Assembly: GCF_009914755.1 (NCBI RefSeq)
Contig: NC_060929.1
Source of the DNA: the human T2T-CHM13v2.0 reference genome, Homo sapiens
DNA: 64,000 bases
Strand: one strand, 5' to 3'
Positions 60,338-64,000 of this stretch are shown here, in pieces. The stretch's first letter is position 1, and each line of letters opens with the position of its first letter. The notes under the pieces are model-generated. The model saw only the letters and a list, made by a program, of their open reading frames with translations, had not been told where the DNA came from and searched no databases. A program made the translations under genes and the position numbers.

Positions 60338-61782
60338 AGAAGTGTAGAGTTTAAATGACATTTCTCCGAATTTGAATTTTAGAAATGATTTCTTTGGCTT
60401 ACATTGAATTGCATTGTTTGATATTAAACAGGTATCATGTAAATAGAACATTGTATTAATATGATTTTTTGTGACTATAAAGTTCTGGAATTCTTGAACT
60501 CTTAAATTATGTTTCTCTGTCTATGAGATGGTGTTGCTTAGGGGTGAGGAACAGACTGAGATCTGACAAAAGAGTCTCAATGATGCCACGTCCCTAAGAA
60601 ATTATGATAAAGAGAGGCAATCAGACTGAAGAGTACCCATCAGACTTTGGAAATTGTCTCTGTTGTTCTGTTTTGGCCAAATGCTTGCTTCATAGGAGGA
60701 GACACCATCTGCTTTAGGCATTATTCACACTGAGGGGGGCATGAGCAGTAATTAAGAGGAGATAGTGCATAGGCTGTTAACCACAGAGGAAGACTTCAGA
60801 GGAATTTGGTACTGTGCACAAACATATAATTAGGAAGGACACTCATAGTTAAAAATTTGAAGAGAAATGCACACATTTGGTACTGAAAATGAACTTATTT
60901 TTAAAGACCAGTTTGCACTTTTTAGACAAGAGCAGTCTGTATGATTTGAAATATCTATGTCTTCCCATCTTTTTGTTCTCTTCCTCTACTGAATTTGAGG
61001 ATAATTACTTTAGTATGTTGGTATGTTCTTTGACCATACTTTCAAATTAGAATATGTATGGTGGTTCTCCGTAGCTACTTCTCAGTGCATGAGCAGGTGC
61101 ATTGGATGGGGGCTGTATTGTGTCCTGAGCATACACACTCATAAGGGGCTTATAGAGGTCATCAGCTTTACCTGGAATGAAGTCACTGATTGAAACTGTA
61201 AGTTTTGATCCAAGATTTCCATTGAATTGTGACAGCCACACCGTGGAACTAATGTACTGTCATATTCTCTTTGTTTTTGTTGGTAGCTTCAAGAAAAATA
61301 ATCTCTGCTGTCAGAGAAAAAAGCTTTATTTCCAGGTAAAAGGCACAACCATGGCAAGTGTCGGGATTATTATAAAACTTGTCAAATCATGGCAGGCTTT
61401 ATTATGATATTATGGTAATTTATCTTAACTCTCAGGAGATTTTGACAATTATTTCCCAATTTTAGTGACAGAGGAGATGTATAGTGATCAAAAACCTCAA
61501 AAGCATTGTTTGGCCTCCTGAGAAACTCAGTGTGGTCTGTATATATGCTTAGGAGATTTATTTTTGTAATAAAATGAAAGAGTTTTATAATCTTTCTTAC
61601 TCCCTTTTTCTCCTAAACCATAGGGACAATTGGTATTAATGCTTGTATAGTTTTATTTTTGAAAACAGCCTGTGTGTTATGGGAAAGCAATTTATAATTT
61701 TAGCTGTTTGATGAACTATACTTACTCAAGGAAATCAATCATAAATTTATCTTGGGTCATATTTTTTTTTCTAAGAACTAGT

Positions 61783-61892
61783 CTGTAACCTCAATGACGG
61801 CAGGAACCATGACTGTTTCATTCATCTACATAGCCTGGGACATACTGTGTGCTCAGTAAATATATATTGTTTGGATGGTTAAATGAATAAGA
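61783..61892 (+). mobile_element. L2 3' end fragment
   Basis: gcctggacatactgtgtgctcagtaaatatatattgtttggatgg. Confidence 0.6.
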
Positions 61893-62599
61893 AATAATGG
61901 CAGATTGCTGACTAGTATTATTTAGTAGATGGCATATGCAATGAAGACAATTATGGTTTTTCTCTGCATGCTAAGCATCATGTAGTGTGTCATGCAGATT
62001 TAAAATACAGGGTCCTGCTGACCATGTTAGACAGGAGAGGGAAGAAAAAAGGTACAATAATGTAACTTATCCATAATGATTGAACTGAAGGAAAATTCAT
62101 TTCTATTGATGTCAAGTAAAAACTGATGAAAAGATTCTCCAGATGGTTTGCATACAAGTACTTTGCTTTGTGAAATAGATATATTTATGAAAAGTTGTGT
62201 TAGTTGATAACATATTTAATGCTGAAGGAGAAATTACTACATAAAACAATTCTTATTGAAGAATTCCTTGTAAATCTTTTGAAATGATGGAATTTATTCT
62301 TCATGTGAGTTAAGATTTCATCCTTTGGAAAAGCATAAAATGCAGAACAGTAGTACAAAGGACACACTGTTATTTATAATAAAACTAAAGATTCTTTTTA
62401 TGCTTCCATACAATGCCTTCCATAAAAGAATTCTTGTAGAGTGCTATCAGAATCACACCTTGCTTTACAAGCAGAATGCAAAGTTTGCAACATGAGGCAA
62501 AACAGACAAAAATAAGCCTAATGTCATCAGTTTTCTGTAAAATGACTTCTTTGTTTTTTCCATAAGAATCCTGATCTAAAGTCAAGTTGGGTCTACCCA

Positions 62600-62727
62600 T
62601 CTACATATAAATATTTATATCTGAAATCTATATTTTACTCTATACCTACATCTACCTATGTATCTACGTATGTATTTATGTATCTTTCTATCTATCTATT
62701 GGCTCATTTATCTATATATCTCTCTAT
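62600..62727. repeat. Degenerate (TCTA/TATG)n simple repeat
   Basis: Directly visible low-complexity tract. Confidence 0.75.
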
Positions 62728-62988
62728 AAAAATCCCTAGAGGTTTTTAAGAGAGTGACTGAGCAATAATGAGAACTCTGCTCAATTTCTTATAGACATAT
62801 GCAAACACTTATTAAAACCATCAATAATCTACCCTCCAAATACCAGGGGTCCTTTTGTGTATCCTACTCTGGCTTACCCACAGGGTCTACACTATGATGC
62901 CCACACTGTGATGTCCATACTGTGATGCTTTGGGCCCTTATTACTTAAGTGAGCTAATATGTATAAAGTTTTAAAAAGAGTACCTAGT

Positions 62989-63522
62989 ACATTTCCTAGG
63001 TACTATTAAATAAAACAATAAAGAAAAGAATAACTCACTAAAAAAGATAAAATCCCTATGTCAAAATAGGTTTTGGGAGCAGATAGAAAAAAATCACTGT
63101 TGATTCAGCTGAAGGGCACTAGAAAGCAAGATATTAGTAAGTGTACATATACAGGATGGAACATAAATAAAATAAAATAAAATGAAAACCTTTGAAGGCA
63201 ACTGCAAACCCTCTTACCAGGAAGATTGAGTTCAGAAAGTGATTTGTCAGCATCCATAAAACTGTAGCAGGCTGACTGGTAGCCCAAAGGTAAAGTAAAA
63301 TCTCAGTCTCTTCACAGTTCTAGGCAGTCATCTCTTTATTTAGTTTATATTCCACAATCTTGATTTTCACTTACTAATATCTTGCTTTCTAGTGCCCTTC
63401 AGCTGAATCATCAGTGATTTTTTTCTATCTGCTCCCAAAACCTATTTTGACATAGAGACTTTATCTTTTTTAGTAAGTTGTTCTCTTCTTTATTGTTTTA
63501 TTTAATAGTACCTAGGAAATGT
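62989..63522. repeat. 155-bp inverted repeat with 224-bp spacer
   Basis: 62989-63143 is the reverse complement of 63368-63522, with 6 mismatches by manual alignment. Confidence 0.97.
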
Positions 63523-63980
63523 TTACATAGATAAACATGTGTCATGGTGGTTTGCTGCACCTACCAACCCATCACCTAGGTATTAAGTCTGACATGCATT
63601 AGCTATTTATCCTGATGCTCTCCTCCCACCTCTCTACCCTCTCCCGACAGGCCCCAGTGTGTGTTGTTCCCCTATCTGTGTTCATGTGTTCTCATTGTTC
63701 AGCTCCTACTTATAATTGAGAGCATGCAGTGTTTGGTTTTCTGTTCTTGTATTAGTTTGCTGAGGATAACAGCTTCCAGCTTCATCCATGTCCCTGCAAA
63801 AGACGTGATCTCATTCATTTTTATGGCTGCATAGTATTCCATGGTGTATATGTACCACACTTTCTTTATCCAGTCTATCATTGAAGGGCATTTGGGTTGA
63901 TTCCATGTCTTTGCTATTGTGAATAGTGCTGCAATGAACATACATGCACATGTATCATTATAATAGAATAATTTATATTC
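63523..63980 (-). mobile_element. LINE-1 3' fragment (older L1PA, about PA8-PA10), lacking its terminal bases and poly(A)
   Basis: ORF2 C-terminus 63699-63941 and 3'UTR; begins abruptly at ttacatagataaacatgtg. Confidence 0.9.
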
Positions 63981-64000
63981 TCGATTCCATTCTGAACCAA

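Noticed and set aside
61047-62600. Short ORFs in unique sequence as host exons
   Set aside because: No recognisable protein similarity and no consistent splice-bounded open frame.

Overview
AT-rich primate nuclear DNA, most likely a great ape or human (AluY/AluYe copies and an L1PA2/3-type LINE-1). It is almost entirely transposable-element relics separated by unique AT-rich spacers. I found no host protein-coding exon, RNA gene, CRISPR array or prokaryotic system, and every recognisable ORF is a decayed LINE-1 ORF1/ORF2/ORF0 or an Alu-derived frame. Main elements: a 3'-truncated L1PA7/8-like copy (+, 9.7-13.9 kb); a full-length but inactivated L1PA2/3 (-, 14.9-21.3 kb) carrying an AluY in ORF2; a 5'-truncated L1PA4/5-like copy (-); a full-length old L1MA2-like copy (-, 42.5-50.9 kb) with a nested MSTA and two Alus; solo LTRs (LTR8, LTR8A, MER68-like, MER31/67-like); and L2, MIR, hAT and microsatellite remnants. 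The structure that repeat annotation does not explain is a set of local copying scars. These are two short segments duplicated 2.4-2.9 kb away (62 bp and 33 bp), a 155-bp inverted duplication fused to an L1 lacking its tail, and a fold-back at an L1 5' junction. Each coincides with a small hairpin. I read them as DNA-repair or template-switch scars and cannot support a new biological system. Subfamily names come from recalled consensus sequences and are approximate.
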